Source: Balanoglossus misakiensis (Eukaryota; Animalia; Hemichordata). From it: 64,000 bases of DNA. The stretch lies in contig CM082586.2 of assembly GCA_040954595.2 (NCBI GenBank), positions 4,012,349-4,076,348 on the forward strand, given 5' to 3'. A program made the position numbers and the translations under genes. Shown here piece by piece: positions 26,408 to 39,699 of the stretch. The notes beneath the pieces are model-generated. The model searched no databases. It saw only the letters and a program-made list of their open reading frames with translations, and had not been told where the DNA came from. Every line of letters begins with the position of its first letter. Position 1 is the first letter of the stretch.

Positions 26408-29400
26408 TTACTCGAATTCTTTATTCTTGGTGATGAAGTTCAGCAGGTCGATTCTCGTTGCGATACCAAAGATCATCTGTCGCTCCGAACTTTCTTGTTT
26501 ATTAGAAACTGCAAAACATGAAAAAAAGTATATATTATACATAAACACCTCAACCAAACCATGTCTGGAAACCTGTCTATACCAAACACCTTTTACCATC
26601 CCTTTGACACATGTTAAAGGAACCTCTATAAACCGGACACTCCTAAACCCTGTGTAAACCCGGTGTCTAAGCCTGTACTTACGGTACTTACATTGCTTTT
26701 GCTGATGGACAACGAGTGCGAAGTGGTCGCTATCCAGGATTCGGGACAGTTTGCCCAAAGTGGTCTCCAAGGTGATCTGCAGCAGAAAAACAAGGACATT
26801 TAATGAAATATCGATAATGCAAATGTCCACCACTGGCGAAGCAATCACGTTCAATATCCACATACCTTCTTGAATTGTTTGTAGATAATCTGTAACACAG
26901 GAGTTGAAGACTTGACTTTGCCAGCAAGCAACTGTGCCATCATGTTGCCGAGGGTAACCATACCAAGAACTTGCCTGGAATGAAGTGAAAATGTGTCAAT
27001 CAACCAAAATAAGACCATGTATGGTTATAGTACAGCTGATATCATCGCTGTTGATACTATGATCAGAAACGCATTGTTCATTGCAGACTGAAAAACAGCA
27101 ACAACTCTGGCTTTGATTGTTGCATTTTCCTCTTACCCTGCCTCGTCTGCCACTGGGATCTGATCAAAACCTTCTTTATTCATGATATCGATGCAATCTT
27201 GACAAGTGACTGAAGGCAACACAGTCAGCGGGGATCCCAGATTCAAGGCAGCCACCTTCCTGTTCCACCACCTAAAAAACATGAAACAAAAAAACTTTTT
27301 GTCGGCAAATTTTGATCCACTGTTTGTTCATCAAAGATGTTACTTTGTGCTTTCAGGAAAGTTCACCTCTCTCTCTCCTCCAAGTTCATCTGTCGTATCC
27401 GTGACAACAGCTCTGAAATAAACACTTACCACTGTTTTTCAGGGGAGGCAGCATCAGATTCTTTCTCGATGAATTCTCGTTCAATCATCCAGTCATCCGA
27501 TAAAAACTTCGTCCTGAATGTGAGAAAAAAATACGATTTGAAGTCTTGTGGCGTATGTTACTTGCATCAGAAATTATTCCTATGAGAAGACCACAATCTT
27601 CGAAATTGTATCAAGACATTAGTTATTGTAGACATCGCATTGAGAGAGCTGACACACAGAACTTACATGTAGTTTCTGACAGAGTCTGGCAAGATGACCA
27701 CACAGCGCTGCCCTGCGTCCAGATCCTTGGCTGCCTGAATGGCAACTGCCATAGCTGAGCCACTGCTTCCTCCTGATAACAAATAACAAACACATCAATA
27801 AGGGGAGAATCATTCTGCTATACCATTCACAAGAAAGGCACCCTCAACAGGGAAATCTCAGAGAGCATCTCACCATACATTCTCCAATGTATAGGGGAGG
27901 TTTCCGCCATCTTGGAAACAAGGTGCGTTGTGGGATAGCTATCCCATAATGCACCTTGTTTCCAAGATGGCGGTTAAGGGACAAACCTCCCCTATAAAGG
28001 CAACACAATGATGGCCGTAAGGACTTGGGGCTGCCTCTACATCTGACAACTCACCGCACAGAAGCCCCTCTTCTCTGATCAGTCTCCGGGCGTACATGAA
28101 GGAATCTTTGTCGTTACTCTTGTACCACTTGTCCACAACGTCCCTGTCCAGCACAGTGGGGACAAAGTCGTAACCGATGCCTTCCACTTCGTAGAATGTT
28201 GTCTCTGTTTCATTTAGAGATTCCGGCAGCGCCAGCAGGGATCCTTCGGGATCGACGCCAATAACCTTAATTTGGAAATCAAATTTGAAGATAAATATCA
28301 CAGGGCTAATGGCTAGACATGGTTTGTACACCAGTTTGGCAAATTACCACCCACATGCACGATCCAAAAATTTCCATGAAAGTTGCAAAATGAGGTAATA
28401 TTCTGAAAAAAACCCAAGCCTGATTTTTCAGCATTTTTGGGGTAGTAGTTGTGTTTACCTTACAGCTTGGACATTTTTCTTTGAGTTTTCTACCAAGTCC
28501 AGAGATGGTTCCACCTGTGCCAGCTCCTGCTACCACCATGTCAACTTTACCTGTCAAAATCACATGACAAACAGTGATAATTATAACCATATAAGATCAA
28601 GGCAGAGGTGCGGTGCGATCAATATCACCATGGACTATATTACCACAAGAGCTAGATATTGCATTCTAAGTACTTGGCACGGTGGCACGCAAAACACCTA
28701 CCGACAAGAACAGGGATACAAAGGTCTAACACTTACCATCACATGCCATGATAATTTCTTCAGCCGTGCCATCGTAATGGGCCAGAGGATTTCCGGCGTT
28801 CCGGTACTGATCCAGGATAATGGAATTGGGAATCTCCTTGTTCAATCGCTGCGCAACGCTGATATGCGACTCGGGACTGTCGAACCTTGCCGACGTCGGC
28901 GTGCGTACAATTTCAGCACCCAGGGCTCTCAGCACGTCGACTTTCTCAATGCTCATTTTTTCCGGCATGACGATGATACAACGGTAGCCTTTGACAGCAG
29001 CTGCCAAAGCCAAACCGATACCTGCAAGAAACAGACATGTTGAGATGTAACCCTAGTTTTAGTATTGTAACAGAAGATGTGATTTTTAGATATCTGTAAG
29101 TCTCGGTTATATAGATTTAGCCCCACAAACACATCAAGTCTTGAAGAAGCCTGTAGTAATTGCCTAAGGAATATCACCAATCCACATCCAGACACCTCTC
29201 ACCTGTGTTCCCAGATGTCGGCTCAATGATGACATCACCAGGTTTAAGGTCATGTTTCCTTTCAGCTTCTTCGATCATCCGAAGCCCAATTCTGTCCTTG
29301 ACACTCCCACCGGCGTTGAAATATTCACACTTGACCACTGTGTAAGAAACAAGTACAAGGTTTTACAATAGGAAAAGTCTTGGAGATGTTATCAAGACGA

Positions 29401-30179
29401 AGCAAGGAACAGACAGTGTCCAAATGGAGTCTGAAAATACACATGTACCGAAACTTTGGTATAAAAGTTGGCATGATGCCGACTTGATGTAGACAGGGCC
29501 AGCCGACTGTTATACTTACACAATTCACATTTGAGGCCTGCCCCTTTGCCGATGTTATTGACTCTGACAAGAGGTGTGTTTCCTATTCTGCTCAAAATAT
29601 TGGGCAGAATTTTCTCGTCGATTGGAGAGCTGTGGAGACAAAAGTATAAATTAAAACATATAAGCAGGCTTGAAGAAATTTACCAGTAAATGTACATCAT
29701 AATTTAACCTACTCCATGGGAGGTACACTACAGTCATTACTGCCGAGACTGAGTCACTCTCGGCTGGTAAGCCAAAGAGAAAGTGAAACTACGTGAACAT
29801 TTTACGACACTGAGATCACTTTCCACATATCAGAAATAGAAACTGAAGTGCCGTGTGCACAGTCACCATGACGACAAAGAAACCTGTACAGGCCATATGC
29901 CGGATATCTATCACTCTTAGTCACAGTCAGCTGAATAATCATGAAAGCAAACTATGTCATGTCTAATCTTAGTAGTAAAAGTACATGCATCTTATGATGT
30001 ATACGATATTTGAAGTGAATTCCTTACACTGTCTTATGACTGTGTGGACTTTCCTTGGGATCCATGCCAAGTTTCCATGTGCATCTGGAAGGCGTATCCG
30101 GGGCAACCCAATTGATTTTCCTTTCTTCATCCTTCTTCTTAGCGATTTCCATGGCGCTGTGTTGCACTGGGCATTCCAT
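26408..30179 (-). CDS. CBS: Cystathionine beta-synthase, about 534 aa
   Basis: 12 exons: 30028-30179, 29520-29629, 29203-29337, 28737-29021, 28459-28550, 28055-28265, 27667-27772, 27430-27513, 27137-27271, 26866-26974, 26692-26776, 26408-26508. Heme motif (SRCTW..PHSH), [15 protein letters not shown] (PLP lysine), [23 protein letters not shown]-terminal CBS domains. Confidence 0.96.
27890..27996. mobile_element. Short palindromic MITE in CBS intron
   Basis: TATAGGGGAGGTTT..CCGCCATCTTGGAAACAAGGTGC..GGGATAGCTATCCC..GCACCTTGTTTCCAAGATGGCGG..AAACCTCCCCTATA; almost entirely self-complementary, with TA at both ends. Confidence 0.7.
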
Positions 30180-33100
30180 TTTGTCAACCTTATTCTAACT
30201 TCTGAGAAGAGAGAAAGAAAATAAGCCTTACACTGGAGCTGAGCTAAGAATAGGATCACTCAAACAGGAAATAAATAACAGTGCTGTGGTTGAATATCTT
30301 ATGAGTCTATTTGCCAACGGGTAAGTCAGTTGCCAAACACCGGGGATGGGTCAGGCCTTTTAGGAATCAAAGGCGGGAATGGTACAATGTTAGCTCAAGA
30401 CCAGAGATGGCAACTCAACGCAAGAGTACTAATCAATCAGCCTATACAAGTTGAAGCATGTACGACATTTTCAAAACATAAAATGACAAAATTTTCCACA
30501 TTCTGTGAATAACAAGGAAAAATTGTGTTATCAATCATTGCTTTATGACTATAATGGCATGTCATAGATCATACCATGGCGTGTAAAATCTTGATTAATC
30601 TAGTATATACATGTCTACCATTCCAGCTGAAAATTCTAAACACGTCCACGTTATCCCTGTACAGAAACCGAAATTTTAAAGGCTTACCAGATTTTACGGA
30701 ATGACTACAACTAGACTTACAAGTGTTATCAGCACATCAATACTGTTTTTTTTTTCTGACTAACTCAAGTTATAACTCATAAAGTAAGCTCTTCCTCAAA
30801 TGTCCCAAATACCATAAAAGTAACAAATAAACTGTGGGGTGAATGAATCACCACACTTTTATCATTTTTATGAGTCACTCATGAGAATTTGAAGGGATCA
30901 CTTTCAAGCCAGGGCAAAAACAGATACAGTAGAGAGTTTCATGCTAGCCCTGTGTAGGTTTAACCAGCTCAAAATCACCAATATGGACACACTATACCAT
31001 AGTTTGGTCTGAGTATGAGGTTGGCATTTAGGTCTGACTGAATTTGAGCTGGCATAAAATTTTAGTGCATAGTATGCTGGCACTAAATCTTAGTTTGAGC
31101 TCTTCTCAATTGATTTTGCACTATTCCCCTGGGAGACAACCAGCGATGAAGTTTAACACTAAAATCAAGATTATGTCACATTACCACGTTTCTGCATTTC
31201 AAAGGAACGAACCAAATTTACAAAAGTAACATCTAGCACAAGCAGATGCTAAAGTCTGCACAAAATGTTTCAAACCTTATAGTAAAACTGGAAGTCCAAA
31301 GCTCCAAACCGACAAACCAAGTAGTAAACAGACTGGAGGTTAGCGAGAGCCCAGCTACAATGTCTAGATTCTGAAACCAAGTCAGGTTGAGCAGGCAGAT
31401 TCTTGTTGACAACAACCAGTTCCGTCGATATAGCGAGCAATGTCTCATCACAGATCATTACACTTATATGTGTTCCACACACAGATGCATTATGGGTAAT
31501 CTGCAACCCAGCTATTTATTCCACACTCAGCTGACGTCAACCAACATGCAGGTCTGCCTATGCCAGATGTATTGTTAGTCTAACTTTTCTGAGAATCACG
31601 TCTCTTTGGGAGAGTGTTCTTTCTCAGGTTATAAATAACGAATGCTTGTAAATGAAAGTAACTCGAGCTGGACACGAATGAAAATGAAAGCAAGACAAAA
31701 TAAGCCAACAACAGAATACTATTACTCTTGCTAAATCATTTAAAGATGAGTGTACACATAATGGTAGTGTCTAGCATACAAGGTCATTTGAGGCCAAGAC
31801 CAGTAATATACAGCTTGAAAAGCTGAAAAGTTTGGGTGTATCTGAAGTTTTCTATCACTGATTAGCTAGTATCAGTTAGCAATGGGTACTTTACCACCTG
31901 GCTGTATCTATTTCACCAGGCCTGGGTGTGTGTGACCGAGATAATAGGAAGACATTTTGGAATTTACCTGTATCAGACAGGTCAAGGAGGTTCATCAATC
32001 AAGGTTTAAAAGTTTATAAGTACAAGGCTTTCTAAGTTTAAAGTAAAAGTTCTTAGAGACTCCAAGGTCAGTTCACAGATCAACAATGAGGTCAAACTTT
32101 AAAATACCCGTATATATAGGATGCCATTCCATTAGTAATGACTAGAAATATACCTGAATGTCTTAAAATAAATAACACAAGTACACCGCTGTGTAAAATA
32201 TTTCACAAGTTTAATGATCCCTGACTTTATTATAGTTAATTCCATTTTATAACAGGATAAGAAAAGTCAATTCAAGTTTAACATGAATTCTTCCAACTTC
32301 AACAACTTCATTGACCTAGTTGTCTCAACTCAGTTCAAACCACACATTTATTCTACACACGTTTTTTTCTGACTGTAAAATTGCACATTAAACACATATG
32401 TTAATTTGTAATCTGACATTGTCAATGAAAGACTGCCCTCTGTGGTTCACAGTACTGTAAAAGGAATTTTCCATAAGAGATACACATCAAGAATTTCCTC
32501 TCGTTATTTCTTTATAGTTGAACTATCAGTGATGATGTGTATGATATTAAATAGGTCAGTGGTTGTGGCTGTGAACACTGGCACATGTGTGAGTGACTAA
32601 GACTTAATTAATTGCTTTAAAGCGTACATCTAGAGTGACAATCAGACAACTCAAATTTTTTTCATTTAATTATCATTTATTTAATTGCAGTGACACATAG
32701 GTACATTTCAGTGCATGTAGCCAAAAATAACTACTACCAGTATTTTTTTTTGCATATATATATCAACTACATTCTTATCCACTTGTCTACATGGCCTGTG
32801 TACTAAAATGTGGATTAAAATTAATGACAAATGATTTCAAACCTGGATATGAATTTAGCACTTGAAAATAACAGGTATGGCATAATTACTGTTGACAATG
32901 TAAGCTCCAATTAAATATTCCCAATGTTCTCCCCAGGAATTCTGATTATAATTTTCACATTATCTGCTGGCTAATATTGTTTGTAAATATTCATACAAAT
33001 CTCCGTTGCTACATAGATCACCCCCCCCCCCCTTTCAGCTGAGTGAGACTTCCATATGTCATTGTCAAAGGTTGATTGGCCCTGTGTCATTGTGTCAATG

Positions 33101-33713
33101 TCATTGACAATCACAGGTACATGTACATGCCTGTCAACATATTACATTATTATCATCATCGCTCTTTCAGTTAATTGTTGTCGATTCGTAGCCGATCACT
33201 CCATCGGCTCTTTGTGTTGGGAAGTATTCCGTTCCCTATCACACCAAGGACGTACCGAGGGAGTGGTACGGATACGAAATCGAACAACAACGCAGTGATC
33301 TTCACCTTGTGAATGTGTTACGTCATAATATTTGTAATATACACATAAATGCCCCGCCCACCCATACTGTAAACAATCTATTCATCGAGTCTTTGACGGT
33401 GATCGTGACAGGAATTTTGCTGACTAACAATGATAGCTCAATAGTGAGCTTAGCAATTCCATGCTTTGTACCCAGCACTTATTCCCATGTGATGATGCAT
33501 GTGCCCGACTAACATACATTAGGCCGCGTGACTGACATATGCGTCTAGCGCGCGGCGCGTCTAGCCACAGACATCAACATACGGCGCAAAGCCACGTCAC
33601 AATTACGTTCCTAAATATCCGATCGCTAAGTAAAAAACATAATTCCTGTCCATTAACTTCAAATCCAGTGATGAATCGATCTTCGCGAAGCAACGATCAA
33701 GCTTGTCTCTTAC

Positions 33714-33850
33714 CTTCACGACAGACGCTACCCGATCTCCCCGAACGCGGACGTGGACTGAACTGCGTGTGTTTACCGGAAGTTCGTGCACCAAGTGTAT
33801 CATGGGAAAAAAGTCAGAGGTGTGTCAGGGGTGTGTCACAAGCGACCGAG
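33714..33850 (-). promoter_or_regulatory. Probable non-coding first exon and promoter of CBS
   Basis: CpG-rich patch 33520-33850, minus-strand donor AAG|GTAAGA at 33713/33714, CCGGAAGT near 33776; acceptor just upstream of the CBS ATG near 30200. Confidence 0.4.
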
Positions 33851-34881
33851 ACACTCCCAACAGGATATTAGAACTCATTTCCCCTACGAATTGTGTTCCA
33901 GATCTCCCGTGAGATACCAAATACTTTATAACTAACTTTATATTCCATCGGATGCCACTTTAGATGGAATAAACTAATAAGTACAGTACAATAATGACGT
34001 ACGAATATATTCGAGCATGGCATCTCAAAACCATGCTGGAATCAGCAAACAATTACATTTATTGCAAAATCATGCTAAATAAGCAAATAAGTAAAATGAA
34101 TCGCATTTTGAACACACCTTGGCTGGACGATGAAACATTGGGGCCGGGTCATTTTGACCCCTTCGGCTACAGTGTATGTGTGTTTGTCATAGTAAATTAT
34201 TGACTTTCCAACACAATACTACTAGTCTACTAGACTATACGACATCAGTGGCATGTCGCTGATTTGACACCAAGCAGTTCTTTACGACGCCTGATTTATG
34301 ATACATGTATATTTACAAAAACACAATTGCAAAGTCTGTCGCCATATATAGGTGCACTAACCACCACACTTCTCATGTACATCGTAGAACGCTTGGTACG
34401 GCTTCGCACACACAAAAAAGGATCCCAGAAAAGAATAGTTGCAAAATTTATATATATATACGATGAAGTTTTTATTGTCTGCAACCCGGACAACACAGAC
34501 TACAGAGGGTCCAAAATATGATTAAGAAACATAACCGCCATATTCGATAGTTGACATGTTTACAATAGCCTCACCTGAATTTTACCTGCATAGCTCGTAT
34601 TATTACGCCAACCTTCTTGCATACAATTTATATAGAAATTGGTTTATGCAAAACGTATTAATTTATGATAATTAAAGTGTTCGTATGCTTGAAGCTCTTC
34701 GGCACACTTTGACGTAATTAATATGATCAAAATGTTTTCAGACAGGAACTTATTTTACCGCAGCGTATGAATATGTAATAAAACAGACTGAGGGGCTTTC
34801 ATTTGAAAAAAATCTACTAAAAACTTCAAGTCGTTCTTGTTAAGTAAACTAGACAAGAATTGAACGTAGGATTGTATCAGA

Positions 34882-37291
34882 ATGACCAAGTTATTAGCTG
34901 TCGTCATTTTTACGACAGGTGAGTGATTCAAGTTTTCCCTACACTTGATTTTGAAACAAACGATTGATACGTTGCTGCATCAGATCAGGTATAGGCACTA
35001 CCTGTAGGAGCTGTTCTGCCGTTGGACAATCGAAATACCAGTCTTCTTATTGTCGATATCTCAAGTATTTTCACGAAATTTCTACAACTTTTAGTGCAAG
35101 GCACGCTGCGGACAAGAAGTTCTATTTCCTTCATCGTCCATTTCAAGTAAATTTTGTTCGGTGTGGAATTGTGGCGTACTCTTGTCAGAGTACACTTCCA
35201 TGATTTATTACCTTGCAAATAAACTTGTATTTCCATTGGTAGTGGATAATATTGACGATCTTTAACATGCCTTTTATTCTAAAAGAGGAATGCAATTTAA
35301 CTTAGGCCCTACATATGAAGTGTGGAAGACTGCTGTAGAGCGTCCATGACATTGTCAGAATTATCTCAACGTAGGCATGGGTTTATTGACACTCTAAAGT
35401 AGTCTACACTCGCTCAGTCTGTGTATGTTTCCATATGGCATAGAAGGACGTGTGTTGGCAATGAGTGCGCATAAGTCCAACGGTCAGTTTGTACCATTAA
35501 TAAATTCACAGTTTCTATCAACAGAAGTGTACAAATAAGACTGTTTACCTACAGTCGCATTCATTCGTTAGTTCAGATGTCAATCACTGTGTAAAGGAGA
35601 AGAAAACTCCAAATAAACTTCCACGTTATCTGCTAGTATTCATGGTTGGGTCAAGGGTCGGGGCGATAGTATTAAGGTGAAGGACGGTGAAACACGCCGA
35701 CATACTTCTGTAAAGGGTTATACCATATATCAATTACAGTTAATTCTAACAGTGTTGATCTATCACTGCAATCTTAGACAATATCTTAGACAATGACTTG
35801 GACAATAGGCGAACGTCCTTTATTAAAAGGCAAAAGCAAAGACAACGAATTATTTTCGATGTCATCCTATATATTTGTTGGTATGATTATTTCGACATGT
35901 ACCAAATACTTATGAAACGCCACCACTAAAACCACCACCATTACCATCACCATGTGCACCACTACCACAACTGCATGTGACTGTAGAATATTGTAAATGA
36001 ATATGACGTTTCTTTCTATTATTCAGTTCACCATGTTTGCTGGTGTCAACTGTCGGTGATAACAGATCCCCACGTGGACGGCATTAAAGGCGAAACAGCC
36101 ACTCTGAAATGCTCTTTCACGGAACCCACCAGCGGAGGTTCAGAGAAGGTCATCACGTGGTCACACACACCAACCAGAGACGGGTCTACCCAAGTGGTGT
36201 ACAGTAAATCCGGAGGTGCCGGAAAAGCCTACAAACGGTTTGTCGGACGAGCCAGCATCATAGGCGACCAGGGAGATCTGAGCATCAGTCGGTTAGAGTT
36301 CGACGACGATGGTACTTTCACCTGTGAAGTGAATTTTTACGTTGCTCGACAAGAGGGATCGGCAACGACAATGCTCACAGTCAGTAGTAAGTCCAAAATT
36401 AACATCCAAGTTTCTTACTTCTTACAGATCCATATTTCTTGATTTCCATAGAAAAAAAAACAATATCCCTTTTGTTTGTGCATTAATTGAGGAAGGATTT
36501 TCTGCGCATTGCATATGCCCTTTAAAAGCCATCAAATAGCTTCCACGTTGGTTTAAGATTCTCTGAAACTCCATTACCCATATTTTACATTTCTCGAAGA
36601 ACGACTCTTTGCTTTCAATTATGCATCTCTCTGTCAACGAAAACATTCTGGCCAATGCATAAACTAGCTTTGGATGATTAAATCCACAATCAATGTATGC
36701 CGTGTGCCATTCTGTTTTTATTTCATTTGTAGAGATGACAGAAATGGTGGATATCGTCAACTACACCAGGGGTGCCAATGTGTACACTCCACTGAATAAA
36801 ATATCAACGTTGAAGTGCAAGGCCACGAGGGCCAGACCCGCTGCCAGACTGATATGGACTAAGAACGACCGAAGGGTGAATGCATCGGTGACGGAAACAT
36901 ACGAACAAAATATGGATGACTCCTTCAACACTATCAGCCAAATCACCTTCAGTCCTGTCAAAGAGGATCATGAAGCAAGGCTGCAGTGCCAATCAGAAGA
37001 TGGCACAGAGTCACGTAGCCAATACCAAGACGATTACGTCATTCTGAGTATCAGTAAGTACCAATTGACAAGTCCCATTTGCTGTAATAATAAATCCGAA
37101 TATTGATAAGTAAATAAGTCTATTGTGTCATACTGTGTCACATCTACGTTTTGTTTCTGAAGGGTCTAACATGATATTAACATTCACATATTGACAAATT
37201 CTTTCCTCCAGGTGGCGCCAGCATTCGGTCTACCAGTGATGTGCTTTTGTTTTTATTAACAACGACTGGTATCATGATGGTATCTATCTAA
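34882..37291 (+). CDS. GPI-anchored immunoglobulin-superfamily protein (V-set + C2-set), about 265 aa
   Basis: Exons 34882-34918 (signal peptide), 36027-36386 (TATLKC..ITW..DLSISRLEFDDDGTFTCEV), 36733-37053 (TLKCKATRARPAARLIWTKN..ITFSPVKEDHEARLQC), 37212-37291 (SGASIRSTSDVLLFLLTTTGIMMVSI*; hydrophobic end, no cytoplasmic tail). All introns phase 1. Confidence 0.85.
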
Positions 37292-38035
37292 CACCCGCAC
37301 CTGTTCGAAGTATACCACCTGTAAGCGCATGTAATGAAACTGCTGTTGCCATAAAGAGGCTAGTGCTTTGCGACGATGCTCGCATTGTAACAGTAGTGTG
37401 CATAGAGAAAAAAAGACATCGCGTCTTCTGCTGATTTAGTTTTTCAAACTTGGTGTTTTGTCGGCAACAATTTATGTACATTTTTACGTCTTTTCCAACA
37501 AAGAAAGTTCTCTCTACAGTTTGTTCATAACTTTCTGATACAGCTGAAACATTCTGTGTCGTAGATATAGGAATTACACGCACTAAAGTTAGTGCGCAGC
37601 GATCAGTAATAAATATTGATGGCCTGCTATCAGTCATAGCTTTTTGAGTTATACGCAGAATTTGGATTTTACTTTTCAGAGAAAAAAATATCAATTTCGT
37701 TTACGTTCCTGATAAATGTGTCAAGGTTTTTCAAAAGTTCAAGAATTGCTATGTATTTGTTACACCAGCTAATGATTCTCCGACGAATTATATTCAGTGA
37801 ACACTACTTGCTGAGACTGAAGAAATACTCAACGACCCTTGTGTCTACAGAATGTCAACTGATAGTATGATTACTTTGCCTTGACCCGTCAATAGACATG
37901 CCCGTACATGTTCAAAAGGGCCGACATAAATACGATTGGAACAGCTCGCGTATTTTTATCTCGGGTATACCGCATATGTTGACGTGTCCGTCTTTTGTTA
38001 GCTCTACAGCTATACATACGAAATATAAAAGCGGA

Positions 38036-38815
38036 ATGGGTGAAAGTGACGGCAATTTTGGAAGAGTCATTCTATGGACCACACCGAGATGTACATCAAC
38101 AGTATTCGAGAGATCGATTCGAGCACTTGGTAATATCAAGGTCTTCCACGAATTGTTCGGCGTCGCAGCGTATTTAGGGGAGGAGAGGTTCTTTCCACAC
38201 TACCAGAACGAACCGGTGAAGCCTGGCTATAAGTTTGGTGATGTCAAACACCTTCTGGAGGAAACTTATGAAGGATATCGTGGTGTGTTTATGAAGGACC
38301 ACGCCTACCGTATAATAGGAACAGGTCGGACGGGCGCTCTACCCGATGGCTGTCGCCACAGTTTCCTGATACGCAAACCGATCAAATCAGTCACGTCCTT
38401 TTACAAGGCGTTTACAGCAGCCTTGGGCGGCGAAGCCAAGTTTCTTCCGGACGAGGCGGGCTTCTGTGCAATGTGGGAACTATACCAGTATATCCGAGAT
38501 GTCAAAGCTCAAACACCGGTGGTCATTGATGCAGATGACTTGTTGGGTGACCCTGCGACAATGATGAAGAAATATTGTGATGCCGTTGGGTTTGAATTCA
38601 AGGAAGAAATGCTTCGCTGGGAACCTGGTCGCTGTGAGGGGTGGCTTTGGGAAGATAGTTGGTATACCGATGTAATAAGTAGTACAGCTTTCTTTAAACC
38701 TGCACACACTTCACCCGAGGTAGATGTCTCCTCTTTTCCTCAGTACGTCCAAGATGCAATCCAAGCTTCCCAACCCAGTTATGATGAGTTGTATAAATTA
38801 AGAATTCAGCCATGA
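38036..38815 (+). CDS. Sulfotransferase-like P-loop protein (family of the N-terminal domain of 'BCAT-like protein 1/2'), intronless
   Basis: Motifs VILWTTPRCTSTVFERS, VFHELF, VFMKDHAY, HSFLIRKP, PVVIDADDLLGDP..MKKYCDAVG..F.EEMLRW, WYTDVISSTAF; AATAAA at about 38863. ATG 38036 is preferred over 37898 because the family motif starts right after it. Confidence 0.85.
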   Translation: MGESDGNFGRVILWTTPRCTSTVFERSIRALGNIKVFHELFGVAAYLGEERFFPHYQNEPVKPGYKFGDVKHLLEETYEGYRGVFMKDHAYRIIGTGRTGALPDGCRHSFLIRKPIKSVTSFYKAFTAALGGEAKFLPDEAGFCAMWELYQYIRDVKAQTPVVIDADDLLGDPATMMKKYCDAVGFEFKEEMLRWEPGRCEGWLWEDSWYTDVISSTAFFKPAHTSPEVDVSSFPQYVQDAIQASQPSYDELYKLRIQP

Positions 38816-39699
38816 GTAACGGAGATATGTTGCCATTCAATTTTCATTATTGTACTCGCTCACAATAAACAAAAAAACACACTGGCCACCTTGAGAATTG
38901 TCTTTATCTACTCTTGACTAAGAGTGCACACTTTTCCCAAGGCCTGATGCAGCACCTTGCGCAAAGGAAATAGCGCCCCTAGCGACGGAATGGAGCATGC
39001 AAGCAACAACGCAAATCAATGGAAGCCCTACAAAATGGCCTCCCTAAAGAGCTAATTATGCATTTATGTAGGGCTGGGCCTCGGACTCCAAATCGGCGAG
39101 GTTTTGCAAGTGACTATAAAACCTAACACCCGCACAAGAACATGCACCAGTAATAAGTTACTATAGTAGAGATAAATATGACGTTCGATTGATACATCAG
39201 TTGATCTTCTCAAAAAGTTACAAAAGACGCTGAAAAGCACAGAAACGTATTCCTGTGGCTTGTAGATCAACTTCCGGTTGACCAATCATGGAGGCAGATG
39301 ATGAGTAGCTGTTCCAGATATTGAGTACTCCCCCAGTAGGCAACGCAACTACAATTTAATGTGATATAATTTTGTCCTTTATCAGGTATAATTTTACTTG
39401 AATAAATATTTTATAAATTCATGGATATTATGTTCATCATTTCTGAGTATTCTTCTCAAACTTTAATAATCTAGGATAGTTATATAAATCCCCGAGGGGT
39501 GGTGATATTAACTCAACGAACCAGAGAGGTTCAATGGCGCTTTGTGCAGGCGTTGAGGAGAGAAATAACTCAAAATGTCTTAAATTTTAGTCGTTTTATC
39601 ACCAAGACGACGATTTTGTACCCACCAAGCCATACCGGAGAACCTTATCTCTGTGTTTACCAATCCAGTATCCGTCAGTTATAACGTCTGCGGAAGTAA

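Noticed and set aside
26408-38815. CBS and the sulfotransferase-like gene as a sulfur-metabolism cluster
   Set aside because: Opposite strands, separated by an Ig gene, no sign of co-regulation; adjacency is likely chance.
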